Assembly: GCA_963664815.2 (NCBI GenBank)
Contig: CAXXHB010000003.1
Coordinates: 1,344,001 to 1,408,000 of the forward strand
DNA from: Spirochaetota bacterium
GTDB taxonomy: Bacteria > Spirochaetota > UBA4802 > UBA5550
Direction: 5' to 3'
Length of the DNA stretch: 64,000 nucleotides
How positions within the stretch are numbered: position 1 is the stretch's first letter; each line of letters begins with the position of its first letter. Shown here piece after piece: positions 39,736 to 49,915 of this stretch. The translations under genes were made by a program, and so were the position numbers. The notes beneath the pieces were generated by a model, which saw nothing but the letters and a program-made list of their open reading frames with translations, did no database searches and was not told where the DNA came from.

Positions 39736-39861
39736 TCGCATAATTTATGGAAGCATTAACGTAGCCGTCTAAAAACCGCTGGTCTTTATCAGCGGTATAA
39801 AAATATTAGAATAGATAATTTTAATCTTCAGGCAGCAGCTATGTTAAGACTTTTGTTGGAC
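39736..39861 (+). repeat. attC family A (degenerate left end)
   Basis: TCGCATAAT...CCGCTGGTCTTTATCAGCGG...GTTGGAC. Confidence 0.7.
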
Positions 39862-39906
39862 AAAACCACTGACATCGGGCATTTATTATAAAACATGGAG
39901 TGAAAA

Positions 39907-40551
39907 ATGAATTGTTGCAAAAAAGTAATTCAATATTCATTGTTAAGCGGTTTTATTTCAGCTGTAATCTATCCATTGACTGATATTATAGCCGGGAATA
40001 TGTATAGAGGATATAGCTTTAATGAGCAAGCTGTAAGTGAATTATTCGCGATTAATTCACCCGTTGCCCCATTAGTCGTTTTTCTTTTCTCAATATCGAG
40101 TGTTTTTTTAATTCTCTTTTCTGCAAGTGTCTTCATGTTTTCAAAGAATATAAAAATTATGCGTTTTTTAGCCATGATGTTATCAGGAAATGCAATCAAT
40201 AGTCTGATTTTATGGAATTTCTTTCCAATGCATATGCGCAATGTTCAGCCTGAATTTACTGATAAAATGCATGCAATTTTGGCAATAAATCCCTTTGTAC
40301 TCATCAGTATCATCATCGGAGTTTTTATGTATAAAAACTGGTTCCGTTATTATTCTCTTTTAACCATATTGATATTATTCATTCCGGCATTTTTATCTTT
40401 TTCATATATCCCACTGTTATTATCACATCAGCCAACACCATGGATGGGGTTCACTGAACGTGTATCTCAGTATGGTCATTTGTCATGGCTCGCGGTGTTA
40501 TCAATTATGTTATTCAATAAAAACAGAGCATTTCAGAAGGGTAGCCTTTAA
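39907..40551 (+). CDS. DUF998-like membrane protein, copy 2
   Basis: Four aa differences from 35065-35709. Confidence 0.75.
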   Translation: MNCCKKVIQYSLLSGFISAVIYPLTDIIAGNMYRGYSFNEQAVSELFAINSPVAPLVVFLFSISSVFLILFSASVFMFSKNIKIMRFLAMMLSGNAINSLILWNFFPMHMRNVQPEFTDKMHAILAINPFVLISIIIGVFMYKNWFRYYSLLTILILFIPAFLSFSYIPLLLSHQPTPWMGFTERVSQYGHLSWLAVLSIMLFNKNRAFQKGSL

Positions 40552-40737
40552 AAATTCTGATACTGTTCTTTTTCAAGCTCTATAGAGATGGGGCAGATTC
40601 AGACACCCGATGGAAAATTCTTTATGGCTTAAAAACCGGTACTTGAAAACGCACAGGAAACAGGGACTTAAACCTTTTGTTCTGATGATGAGATTCTTAT
40701 ATCTGCAGGACACGCTAAAATTATATGGTACAGAATT
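40533..40737 (+). mobile_element. Group II intron fragment, copy 4 (D5/D6 missing)
   Basis: Matches the first ~200 nt of copies 1-3. Confidence 0.75.
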
Positions 40738-40928
40738 ATCATATTGCATTCCAAACATAACTTGGTAATTCCATGGAAAGTAACCATTCTAAAATGATAT
40801 AATTCAAATGAAATTATTTACTGTTAGAATATCAATCGCAGATTTCTATAATGAACATGGAATTAGCACTGTGTCTCTGGTTTTCCAGAGCATAGATTTC
40901 GAATTTATTAAATAATAATAGAGGTTTT

Positions 40929-41312
40929 ATGAATAATTTATCTATCATATTTTATATTACAACATTCGTAGTTATTATTATTAGCAGATTCTTGTATGAT
41001 ATTGAAATCAAAAAAATGACTGATGAACAAAAGCTTATATTATTAAAAGAATTTAAAATAATTCATTTAATACCTTTGTTTTTAATGCATCTTTTAATAA
41101 TAATAGCAATAAATATAAATTTAAAATTTATTAAATTATTATTCATTGTAATCCTGCTTGAAATTAGCTATTTAATTACTTATGAAAAGTTTAGATATGA
41201 AAGATTAAAAAAGAGCAGTTTTGATAATTCGCATATTAAGAAAAATATAATTTATTCTTCACTGAGTCTCGGTGCATTTATATTTATATTATTTGTATTT
41301 TATTTAATTTGA
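40929..41312 (+). CDS. Small membrane hypothetical protein (cassette)
   Basis: GAGG RBS, ~4 TM segments, followed by GCATAAC. Confidence 0.65.
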   Translation: MNNLSIIFYITTFVVIIISRFLYDIEIKKMTDEQKLILLKEFKIIHLIPLFLMHLLIIIAININLKFIKLLFIVILLEISYLITYEKFRYERLKKSSFDNSHIKKNIIYSSLSLGAFIFILFVFYLI

Positions 41313-41554
41313 AAACATAATTGATAAATCACTACGCATAACGAGACTGTAGAGAAAGTATAAATTGATTTAAATTTAACAGTAGTTATGTGTTAATATG
41401 TCCATTGGAGGCTGCCAATGGACAGGTATAAATACCATTCGTATGAGCATGGAGTAATGATGCCTGTAAATTCAACACACAGATACTTTCCGGGGCAATT
41501 GAACATACTCTTTTTAACGTTATGCAAAAGCCTGAAAATTTTTTGAGGTAGTTA

Positions 41555-42001
41555 ATGGAATCTTTTGAATTAAAAGGAAACAACGGTTTTATCAAATTTA
41601 CTATAATAGAATTACCCGAATTTCCGAATCGCACACATTTTACTGGTGGCTATGATTGTAAAATCAATATTGAAATCAAAGCTGGAATATTCACAGGAAA
41701 TGGTGAGTTATGGAGTTCTACTGGAGAACTATTTCAATTTTATTCATCATTGAAAAAATCTTATGAAACTCTTGAAGGTGAAATAAACTATTATAATTAT
41801 GAATCAAATATATCTATTCACTTAAATTTTGATTTCTCTGGTCATTGTATAATTACTGGCGAGTACTATAATTATTCTGATTCGGCGAATGTATTAAATT
41901 TCAGAATTGAAAGTGATCAATCATATATTAAAGAAAGTTTGTTTGAATTAGAAAAAATATCGAATAAATATGGCGGGATGCTAGGTGTAAAACAAAAATA
42001 A
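41555..42001 (+). CDS. Hypothetical cassette protein, WapI-like immunity fold suspected
   Basis: 'GHCIITG...LNFRIESDQSYI'; bounded by GTTATGCAAAAGCCTGA (41519) and TCAGGCTATTGCATAAC (42030). Confidence 0.6.
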   Translation: MESFELKGNNGFIKFTIIELPEFPNRTHFTGGYDCKINIEIKAGIFTGNGELWSSTGELFQFYSSLKKSYETLEGEINYYNYESNISIHLNFDFSGHCIITGEYYNYSDSANVLNFRIESDQSYIKESLFELEKISNKYGGMLGVKQK

Positions 42002-42021
42002 ATGTATTAATTGTCAGGCTA

Positions 42022-42276
42022 TTGCATAACTTATAGAAGTCATAAAGTAGCTGCCCAAAAGAATAGTTATCAATTACGGTGGTATATAAATATTATGCAG
42101 ATAGTTTTAAGTTTCAGACAACAGCAATGCTAAGACATTTGTTGGACGAAACCACTGGCATCGGGCAGAACATACTTCGTTTTTAAGCTCATAACAATCA
42201 TGGGAATTTGAATCCTGTTTTCTACTGGTATCTCAATCAGTGAAGATTGACTGAGATACTCTTCTTAACGTTATAT
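42022..42276 (+). repeat. attC-A + longer linker + attC-B right half
   Basis: GTTGGAC at 42141, GTTATAT at 42270. Confidence 0.78.
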
Positions 42277-42431
42277 GAAAGTGAGCCCCATTCAATAGTA
42301 CGCCAAAATCTTATCTCCGTATAAATATTTTGCTCGTGTTTCTATGTTGGATTCCAGCTTTTCATCCAAATTTTCAGTTGCAATTAATTATAAAGATTAT
42401 TACTTTGTAATTACATAAAAGAGGTGCTGTT

Positions 42432-42677
42432 ATGATAGCAAAAATAATTCAAATAGGAAATTCAAAAGGAATACGGATTCCAAATCAGGTTTTAAAAGAA
42501 ATGAATATTGAAAATCAGATAGAACTTATAATAAGTGATAAAAAAGATGAAATAATCCTTAAACCAATTCATAAAGCCCGGGAAGGGTGGAATGAATCAT
42601 TTAAGAAAATGAGAACTGCTTATGATGATAAACTTATCATTGATGATTCATTAGATTTGAATGATTGGGAATGGTGA
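42432..42677 (+). CDS. mazE: AbrB/MazE antitoxin
   Basis: 'KIIQIGNSKGIRIP'. Confidence 0.9.
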   Translation: MIAKIIQIGNSKGIRIPNQVLKEMNIENQIELIISDKKDEIILKPIHKAREGWNESFKKMRTAYDDKLIIDDSLDLNDWEW

Positions 42678-42680
42678 GAA

Positions 42681-43004
42681 ATGGAGATTTTACAATATAG
42701 CATATATCTGGTGAATCTAGATCCGACAATAGGGCATGAAATTAAAAAAACCCGTCCATGCCTTGTTATATCACCAGATGAAATGAATCTGAATATTCAA
42801 ACAGTTATAATTGCTCCAATGACAACTAAGTCTCATAAATATCCAACCAGAGTTCAGGTGACTGTTCAGGATAAAAAAGGATGGATAGTGTTAGATCAAA
42901 TAAGAACAATAGATAATCAGCGGCTCATCAAAAAAATCGGTAAAATTAATAATGAAACAATAAAACAAGTCAAGGGTGTCATCAAAGAGATGCTTGTTGA
43001 TTAA
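42681..43004 (+). CDS. mazF: PemK/MazF toxin
   Basis: 'LDPTIGHEIKKTRPCLVIS', 'DQIRTID..RL'. Confidence 0.92.
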   Translation: MEILQYSIYLVNLDPTIGHEIKKTRPCLVISPDEMNLNIQTVIIAPMTTKSHKYPTRVQVTVQDKKGWIVLDQIRTIDNQRLIKKIGKINNETIKQVKGVIKEMLVD

Positions 43005-43055
43005 CTTCACGTAGAAATATATTATTCAATTTGTTGTTCGCATTGGGCTTCAACT

Positions 43056-43170
43056 TCATATAACTTATAGAAATCTTAATGCAGCAGCCCAAAAAAACCG
43101 CTGGTCTTTATCAGCGGTATGTCAACACCAATTAGAACTTGCCGCTTTTCACCGATATAATTTTGCCGGT
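43056..43170 (+). repeat. Truncated attC-A fused to an IS21-like terminal repeat
   Basis: TCATATAAC...CAGCGGTA|TGTCAACACCAATTAGAACTTGCCG; similar ends at 32077 and ~52900. Confidence 0.65.
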
Positions 43171-43178
43171 ATATAAAA

Positions 43179-43850
43179 TTACCATAAATAAGGTAAAAGT
43201 CTATACCTGGTTTTATAAATATAATCAGAATAACCTTTGAGTTCATTCTTCAGGGTTTTATCCTCCAGGTATGTTCTTACTATATTAAGAATTATTAACA
43301 TACCTGCAGGTATTATACTCCATAAAGAACCAAATAACAATGGGAATCCAAGTGTCTGGATAATTATTCCCATATAGCCGGGATGTCTTACAGATTTATA
43401 CAGGCCGGTATCACAGACCACATGTCCTCTGTCTTTCTGAATCCTGACAGTACTTGAAAAAAATCTGTTCTGCTTTTGCGCGACCAGAAATAAAAGTTGT
43501 CCTGTCACAGTGAGCAATATGCCCGCCACTGACAGGCTCCAATGAAAAACAGGGGACCATTGGAAGCGGCCGGAATCGAGTCCGGCTGTAATATACATGC
43601 ATATTGTAGCTGAGAATGATAATAGTAAAACGACCTTATCCCAGCTTTTAATTCCTTCTCCCGGTTTTGAACGTTCTTTCATCAGATCGGGTTCCGGCTT
43701 CAAAGCCGTGTAGTTTAAAATCAGCATAACAAGTCCTAAAGATGCATAAATCAGTCCCTGCATATATTTCAGGCGGCCTGCACTGACAAAAATAAGAGTA
43801 AAAAATATTAAAGTACCAACAACCTGCTTAATAAAAAGATTTGCCTTCAT
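43179..43850 (-). CDS. Isoprenylcysteine carboxyl methyltransferase-family membrane protein
   Basis: 'VCDTGLYKSVRHPGYMG', 'EDKTL..EL.GY..Y....YRLLP'. Confidence 0.88.
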   Translation of the reverse strand: MKANLFIKQVVGTLIFFTLIFVSAGRLKYMQGLIYASLGLVMLILNYTALKPEPDLMKERSKPGEGIKSWDKVVLLLSFSATICMYITAGLDSGRFQWSPVFHWSLSVAGILLTVTGQLLFLVAQKQNRFFSSTVRIQKDRGHVVCDTGLYKSVRHPGYMGIIIQTLGFPLLFGSLWSIIPAGMLIILNIVRTYLEDKTLKNELKGYSDYIYKTRYRLLPYLW

Positions 43851-43953
43851 ATTAACACCTTATAAAATTAGTTTGTGAATAAACAATTATCATAAAAAAG
43901 AGAGACAGTAAAGGGCCAATTTCCAGGTATTTTACTCAGCCAATTTAAATAAT

Positions 43954-45420
43954 ATGATACTTACAGTTGATAAAAATTTAAAGATTCCGGTGTTTGAACA
44001 GATTCTCAGGCAAATAACCGGTATGATAAATAACGGCACATTAAAAGCCGGTGACAGACTCCTGTCAACACGTGAGCTGGCTGAATTGTCGGGAGTAAGC
44101 AGGTCGACTGTCAGCCGTGTATATGAAGAACTGTGGGCACAGGGGTATATTGAAAGCACTCCCGGATCATATACAACTGTAAGAAAAAGAAAAATTACAC
44201 AGTCAAATGGAGAAGAATACAGCAAATATAATAATCCGGAAATAAATTTTTTCAGAGACACACATGGTCTGCCATACGACCCGATGATGTATTACCTTGA
44301 AAACGGTAAAAATATAGAAAAAGGGAAGATAAATTTTTTACAGTTATCTCCGGACACACGGCTGCTTAACTGGAATAAAGTAAAAGCATGTATGAGAGAT
44401 GCCCTCAATGAAACAGAAATTGATCCCTTTGATTTCGCCCCTGCGAGAGGATTCCCGCCGCTGAGACAGGAAATTGCCAGACATATGAAGCTTCACAATA
44501 TTCCGGTGGATGACAAAAACATACTTGTTACAAATAGTTCACTTCAGTCGCTGCAACTGATCTTTCAGACATTCTCCAGGCCTGGAGATTGTATTGTTAT
44601 TGAAAAGCCGACCTATTCGATTATCCTGTTATTTATAAAAATATTCCAGCTTCAGGCTGTTGAGATACCGATTACCGGCGAAGGAATGGATCTGAAAATA
44701 CTGGAAAAGGTATTAAATGAGAAATCTGTAAAATTTATCTACACAATGCCTGCATACCAGAATCCAACAGGGATATCTATGCCTCAGGACAAAAAAGAAG
44801 CGCTTCTTAATTTATGCAGAAACAGGGATTGTATAATCATTGAAGATGGTTTTGAAGAAGAAATTAAATATAAAGGAGAGGCACATAAACCACTCAAATC
44901 AATGGATATAAGCGGGCAGGTAATTTATCTTGGCGCTTTTACAAAAATACTGGCTCCGGGATTAAGGATGGGCTGGTTAATTGCCACGGCGGAGTGTATA
45001 AAAAAACTGACAGTATTAAAATCGATATTCGAAATATCATCCGGTTCAATAAATCAGATATTCCTCAATAATTTCATTCAAAACGGTGCTTTTGAATTGT
45101 ATCTCAGGAAAACCAGGAATGTCTTTAAAAAAAGAATGGAAATTGCTGTTAATTCGATAAAAAAATATGTCCCTCCCGAAAAGATCGAATGGACAGAACC
45201 AGATGGAGGTTATATGATATGGATAAAGCTGTTGACCCGGTTAATGGATAATATAGAAAATCATTTTACAGACTACGGAGTAATGGTTCATAACGGCAAA
45301 TACTTTTTTTTAAACGAGCCGTGCTTTAATTATATCCGTTTATGCATAGCGCAGACAAATGAGAGTGAAATAGAAGAGGGTATAAAAAGAATAGGAGAAG
45401 CCATCAAAGCCCTTGAATAA
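43954..45420 (+). CDS. MocR/GabR GntR-family PLP-dependent regulator
   Basis: GntR wHTH plus aminotransferase domain 'YQNPTG', 'FTKILAPGLRMGW'. Confidence 0.9.
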   Translation: MILTVDKNLKIPVFEQILRQITGMINNGTLKAGDRLLSTRELAELSGVSRSTVSRVYEELWAQGYIESTPGSYTTVRKRKITQSNGEEYSKYNNPEINFFRDTHGLPYDPMMYYLENGKNIEKGKINFLQLSPDTRLLNWNKVKACMRDALNETEIDPFDFAPARGFPPLRQEIARHMKLHNIPVDDKNILVTNSSLQSLQLIFQTFSRPGDCIVIEKPTYSIILLFIKIFQLQAVEIPITGEGMDLKILEKVLNEKSVKFIYTMPAYQNPTGISMPQDKKEALLNLCRNRDCIIIEDGFEEEIKYKGEAHKPLKSMDISGQVIYLGAFTKILAPGLRMGWLIATAECIKKLTVLKSIFEISSGSINQIFLNNFIQNGAFELYLRKTRNVFKKRMEIAVNSIKKYVPPEKIEWTEPDGGYMIWIKLLTRLMDNIENHFTDYGVMVHNGKYFFLNEPCFNYIRLCIAQTNESEIEEGIKRIGEAIKALE

Positions 45421-45446
45421 CATCGGGATTTTTTAATAACATGTAG

Positions 45447-45570
45447 TAATAATCCGGTGATTTTACCGGGGAGAATAAACCCGTAAATAATTATTTCTTC
45501 AGTCGTCGTACAGACCTTGAACAGCGATCTCATACAAGGTCTCAAAACCACGGACATACCGCTATGTGCC
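45447..45570 (-). mobile_element. Diverged copy of the IS91-like non-coding 3' region
   Basis: TAATAATCCGGTGATTTTACCGG...CCCGTAAA.TAATTATTTCT shared with 23826-23940. Confidence 0.55.
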
Positions 45571-45656
45571 AAAATAATCCATTACTTCTGAAATCATTTA
45601 AATTTGATTGACTTTCATGCCGAATGTATTACTGTTTGTATTACGGGGGCTTTAAA

Positions 45657-45905
45657 ATGATTTCATTAAGATTATCTGATGATTTAGATGAAAAATTAAA
45701 CCAAGTAGCAAAAAACGAGAAAATTTCAAAATCTGAAGTTGTTAAAAGAGCACTCGTTCTGTATTTCGAAGATTATCAGAGAACACACTCACCATATGAT
45801 TTAGGTGCTGATCTTTTTGGAAAGTTCGGTAGTGGTGACGGAGATCTGTCACAAAATTATAAAGAAATTTTGAAAGGCAAACTCCGTGAAAAACATTCTC
45901 GTTGA
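45657..45905 (+). CDS. CopG/RHH antitoxin
   Basis: 'ISLRLSDDLDEKL...ISKSEVVKRAL'. Confidence 0.82.
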   Translation: MISLRLSDDLDEKLNQVAKNEKISKSEVVKRALVLYFEDYQRTHSPYDLGADLFGKFGSGDGDLSQNYKEILKGKLREKHSR

Positions 45906-46311
45906 TGCAGGCCCGTTAATTGCTTTATTTGATAAAGATGATAAATATCATATTCCTGTGATAAAATTCCTGAAACAATTCAATGGAAATCTGATTACTA
46001 CATGGCCGGTAATTACAGAAGTTACACATCTATTGAGTTTCAACATTAATGTTCAGATTGATTTCCTGGAATGGCTGAAACGTGAAGCTATTACTATAAT
46101 AAATTTAGAAAACATCCATTTAGACAGGATAATACAATTATCAAAGAAATACTCTGATGTTCCAATGGATCTTGCAGATTCATCATTGATCATAGTTGCC
46201 GAGTTAACAAACATTCATGACATAATAACGATTGATTCAGATTACTATATTTACAAAATAAAAAACAAAAAATCATTGAATAATTTACTTTTGCCTTTTC
46301 TCAATAATTGA
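45886..46311 (+). CDS. vapC: PIN-domain toxin
   Basis: 'ILVDAGPLIAL', 'MDLADSSL', 'TIDSDY'. Confidence 0.88.
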   Translation: MKNILVDAGPLIALFDKDDKYHIPVIKFLKQFNGNLITTWPVITEVTHLLSFNINVQIDFLEWLKREAITIINLENIHLDRIIQLSKKYSDVPMDLADSSLIIVAELTNIHDIITIDSDYYIYKIKNKKSLNNLLLPFLNN

Positions 46312-46468
46312 TGTAATACAAAAAGAGAGCGGCACCTTTGTGCCGGGATAGTTGTCGCCTGATAACGGTCACGAATCTTAAGATCGGCACGTCCTGTGCG
46401 GTTAAGAAATAAAAACGTAATTATCAAATGTAATTGTTCTTGACATTTTTATATTACTCAAATATATG

Positions 46469-46484
46469 ACTACCGAACGGTAGT
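46469..46484. promoter_or_regulatory. Putative TetR operator
   Basis: ACTACCG-AA-CGGTAGT upstream of tetR. Confidence 0.55.
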
Positions 46485-46508
46485 TAGTTAAATTGAGGGT
46501 TAATAAAT

Positions 46509-47099
46509 TTGTCGACAAAAGAAAAAATAAAAACAGCTGCATTTTCTTTATTCGCAAAGAACGGTTATGCCGGAACATCCATGAATGATATAGCTGGGGC
46601 AGTTGGTATAAACAAAGCATCTCTTTATTCTCACTTCAGCAGCAAAGAGGAAATTTTTCTGAACATATATGAAAGTGTTGCAAAAGACTATGAAACGCTT
46701 TATGAAAGAATAATTGAAGATTCAAAACAATTTAATGTTGAAAAACGGTTACAATACATTTTTCATAATTATATTCTGCATTTTTATCAAAATCCTGATA
46801 TCCAGTCTTTCTGGAACCAGTTGAACTTCTATACACCTCCGGAGATCCATGAAAAGTATTATAACGACATCTCTGTACGTAATAAAAAGTATTCAGGTAA
46901 AATGATAAAGATATTTGAAGATGCCATGAAGCAGGGTGCTTTAAGGAGGGGTGATGCCGAAAAAATGTATGTTTCATTCTGGGCTATGTGCGAGGGAGCA
47001 TTATCAGTAATGCTTGCGATAAAAAAAACTGATGAGATCCGGATCGATAATTTCTGGGTTGATCTCTGGTCCGGTTTCAGGGGAGGAAAACTGAAATGA
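46509..47099 (+). CDS. TetR/AcrR family regulator
   Basis: 'FAKNGYAGTSMNDIAGAVGINKASLYSHFSSKEEIF'. Confidence 0.92.
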   Translation: MSTKEKIKTAAFSLFAKNGYAGTSMNDIAGAVGINKASLYSHFSSKEEIFLNIYESVAKDYETLYERIIEDSKQFNVEKRLQYIFHNYILHFYQNPDIQSFWNQLNFYTPPEIHEKYYNDISVRNKKYSGKMIKIFEDAMKQGALRRGDAEKMYVSFWAMCEGALSVMLAIKKTDEIRIDNFWVDLWSGFRGGKLK

Positions 47100-48520
47100 C
47101 AGACAGAACAGTAGTTAATGAATTGTGGCGCATGAGCGCATTTGATTTAGCCGGGGGTATCCGCAGAAAAGATTTTTCATGCAGTGAGGTAGTTAAGGCG
47201 CATTTGACAAGGATTGACCAGGTTAATCCTCTTGTTAATGCCGTAACTGTTAAACTTGAAGAGCGGGCACTTTCAATGGCAAAGGCGGCAGATAACAAGC
47301 CGTCAGGGAATAAGCCTGCGGGCAGGCTTCATGGAGTACCATTTACTGTAAAAGAAAATCTTGATCTTTCGGGTTCCGCGACAACCTCGGGGATGGTGGT
47401 GTGTAAAGATGCGTTAAGTCCGGTTGATGCACCGCATATAGCCCAGCTTATTGATGCCGGCGCAATACCAATCGCGCGTACAAATCTGTCAGAAATGTCG
47501 TTACGGCCGCATACCGACAATGAGCTTAACGGCCCTACGCTGAACCCGTGGAACCGTGAACTGACGCCAGGCGGGTCAAGCGGCGGTGACGCAGTTGCTG
47601 TTGCGACAGGGATGACACCGCTTGGCATGGGTAACGATTATGGCGGATCTCTGAGGGCCCCTGCTCAATTCTGCGGTGTTACGTCCATTAAACCGACAAG
47701 CGGCCGGATTGCGAGCCATTCTGCGCTTGTACCGGCAGATCCGATGCTTACCCTGCAGCTTTTCTTCTCGAATGGACCAATTGCAAGGAGAGTCCGTGAT
47801 CTCCGGATTGCTCTTTATTCCATGAGCGGTTATGATGCAAGAGATCCTCAATGGATACCGGCACGGCTGGGTGACAGCAGCAGAAAAAAACCTTTAAAAA
47901 TTGCACTTGTTAAAGATCCTTCAGGCATTGGAGTTGATGAAGTAACTGCAATGAGCATCAAAAAGGTGGCAGAATATCTTGAAGATTCTGGCTACATAGT
48001 AGAAGAGGCGGAACCCCCTTCAATAATAGAGGGGGGAAGGCTTTTTATTCAGCTGATTGCGACAGAGATGCGTACAATGTTTATGCCGGTTGCCGGTCAG
48101 TTTATGAGTGAAAAGATGAAAAAATTTTTACAATACTGGTTTGACATGTTTCCTGAAGATTCACTTGCAGGTTATATGAACGCCTTTGCGCTAAGGAATG
48201 GTATAGCAAGAGAGTGGAATATCTTTTTTGAAAAATATCCTGTAATTATAGGCCCAGGCTTTACATATTCTACTCCCGTGATCGATTTTGATATAAAAAG
48301 TGAAGAGAGCTTTTTATCTTTTATGAAAGGTTCAAGGCTGATATTTATGGCAAATCTGCTGGGCATCCCGGCTTTGAGTTTACCTGTGGGAACACATAAT
48401 GGGCTCCCGATGTCAGTACAATTGATCAGCGGAAGATTTTCTGAGGATACCTGTCTGGATGTTGCAGAGGATATTGAAAAGTATGTTGGAGAGATTACAC
48501 CAATTGACCCTGTTAAATGA
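47096..48520 (+). CDS. Amidase signature family enzyme
   Basis: 'GVPFTVKE', 'PGGSSGG', 'GNDYGGSLRAPA'. Confidence 0.92.
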   Translation: MTDRTVVNELWRMSAFDLAGGIRRKDFSCSEVVKAHLTRIDQVNPLVNAVTVKLEERALSMAKAADNKPSGNKPAGRLHGVPFTVKENLDLSGSATTSGMVVCKDALSPVDAPHIAQLIDAGAIPIARTNLSEMSLRPHTDNELNGPTLNPWNRELTPGGSSGGDAVAVATGMTPLGMGNDYGGSLRAPAQFCGVTSIKPTSGRIASHSALVPADPMLTLQLFFSNGPIARRVRDLRIALYSMSGYDARDPQWIPARLGDSSRKKPLKIALVKDPSGIGVDEVTAMSIKKVAEYLEDSGYIVEEAEPPSIIEGGRLFIQLIATEMRTMFMPVAGQFMSEKMKKFLQYWFDMFPEDSLAGYMNAFALRNGIAREWNIFFEKYPVIIGPGFTYSTPVIDFDIKSEESFLSFMKGSRLIFMANLLGIPALSLPVGTHNGLPMSVQLISGRFSEDTCLDVAEDIEKYVGEITPIDPVK

Positions 48521-48551
48521 CAGGGTTATAAAAAATTGGAGGTAAAAATAA

Positions 48552-48971
48552 ATGATTGCTAATGATGTAATTGATGAATTTTGTTCCCAAACACAAGCAG
48601 ATGAATTTAAAGAAATTGTTCATAATCTGTCTTCTATAATTTTATCAATAGATTCGGCGATATGTGTCTCGGTTAAATGGAAGAAACTTACATTTGCTTT
48701 AAATGATGATTTTCACCATTGGATTTGTGCAATTAATTTCACTAAAAAGGGTACAGTATTATATTTTCATTTTGGTGGACTTTTAAATGATGAATATAAT
48801 GTTCTTATTTCAGGAGAAAGCAGTTTCTTAAGAAAGATTGAATTTAAAACAGCGCAAGAGATTGATAAAAAAATTATAAAAAGCTATGTAAAGCAGGCAA
48901 TTTTAAGATTAGATTACTTCAGAGATAACTGGAAAGAGATCAATGCAAAAAATAAGTTGAATAAAAAATGA
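48552..48971 (+). CDS. DUF1801-like protein
   Basis: 'VKWKKLTF', 'LYFHFGGLLND', 'IKSYVKQA'. Confidence 0.65.
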   Translation: MIANDVIDEFCSQTQADEFKEIVHNLSSIILSIDSAICVSVKWKKLTFALNDDFHHWICAINFTKKGTVLYFHFGGLLNDEYNVLISGESSFLRKIEFKTAQEIDKKIIKSYVKQAILRLDYFRDNWKEINAKNKLNKK

Positions 48972-49300
48972 TAAATATCTGAACACTGCAAACAACAGAG
49001 GAGCATGCCGTAAAAGTATTCACATCCTGACGATAAAAGTCCGTCCAAAGATTTTTGAAAAATTAAATTTAACCGATTCTGATAAAAACAGGTTTGTAAA
49101 ATCATAAAAACATTTGGTTTCTGATAAGATTAGATCTCCTGAATCAGTGGTGGTTCATGATACTGAGGGTGCTTTAATACCCGGAAATTCCCGGATTAAA
49201 AAAAATAGTAATTGACAGGGCAGACCGGGAAATCAACTTTTTTAAAAAATACCGCATTCGTGATATTTAATGACAAACATCCTTCAGCAGAGGTTTAATT

Positions 49301-49915
49301 ATGTTTTCTATCCGATATAAATACATCAGTTATTTCTTTATTCTGCTGACAATTACTTGTTCCTTTTATTCCTGCACAACACTTCCGGAATTGCCTGAAT
49401 CTCCAAAAAAATATGATCCGGCTGATATGGCGCAAATTAAACTGATAAACGCAGATACAAATGGTTTTACCGAGCGTTTTGGTGGTGATGAATTTGAACT
49501 TTCATGCTGTTTCATTCCTGTAATACCGATCAGGAGGCATTTGGGCGCTATAGCCTTTAATGAAGACTTTATAGTATATGTAGATGAAAGCTGGGAAACA
49601 TACAACGGCAAATTTCTGGATAGAAAATATAAATTTAATGATAATGCTGTTTTTAATATACCTGCAGGAGAATATACAGTCTGTGCCTATAAACTGGCAA
49701 CTTATCCCAGTAAAAAGATCATAAAAAAATGTGTTGAAAACAAAACTTTCAAGTTTGAGCCGGGCGATAAGTATGAGATGTATATAACTTATTATACATC
49801 ATCTAAAACTGTAAATAACGGTAGAGGTTATACTACAACTTATACGTGGTTGTTGAATATTGCTGATATACGGAAAGTTGAAAATTTTAAACCCGCACAG
49901 CTTAATTTTAAATAA
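49301..49915 (+). CDS. Putative lipoprotein
   Basis: Hydrophobic leader ending FYSC. Confidence 0.65.
   Translation: MFSIRYKYISYFFILLTITCSFYSCTTLPELPESPKKYDPADMAQIKLINADTNGFTERFGGDEFELSCCFIPVIPIRRHLGAIAFNEDFIVYVDESWETYNGKFLDRKYKFNDNAVFNIPAGEYTVCAYKLATYPSKKIIKKCVENKTFKFEPGDKYEMYITYYTSSKTVNNGRGYTTTYTWLLNIADIRKVENFKPAQLNFK

Larger units (their letters stand above)
20263..43120 (+). mobile_element. Integron gene-cassette array (decaying, integrase inactivated)
   Basis: 8 copies of attC family A, 7 full or partial family B, co-oriented AT-rich ORFs with complementary GTTRRRY / RYYYAAC ends. Confidence 0.85.

Noticed and set aside
35065-40551. DUF998 gene pair as DGR template and variable repeats
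   Set aside because: The few differences include C/T and T/C changes and are not adenine-specific; whole gene and flanks are duplicated
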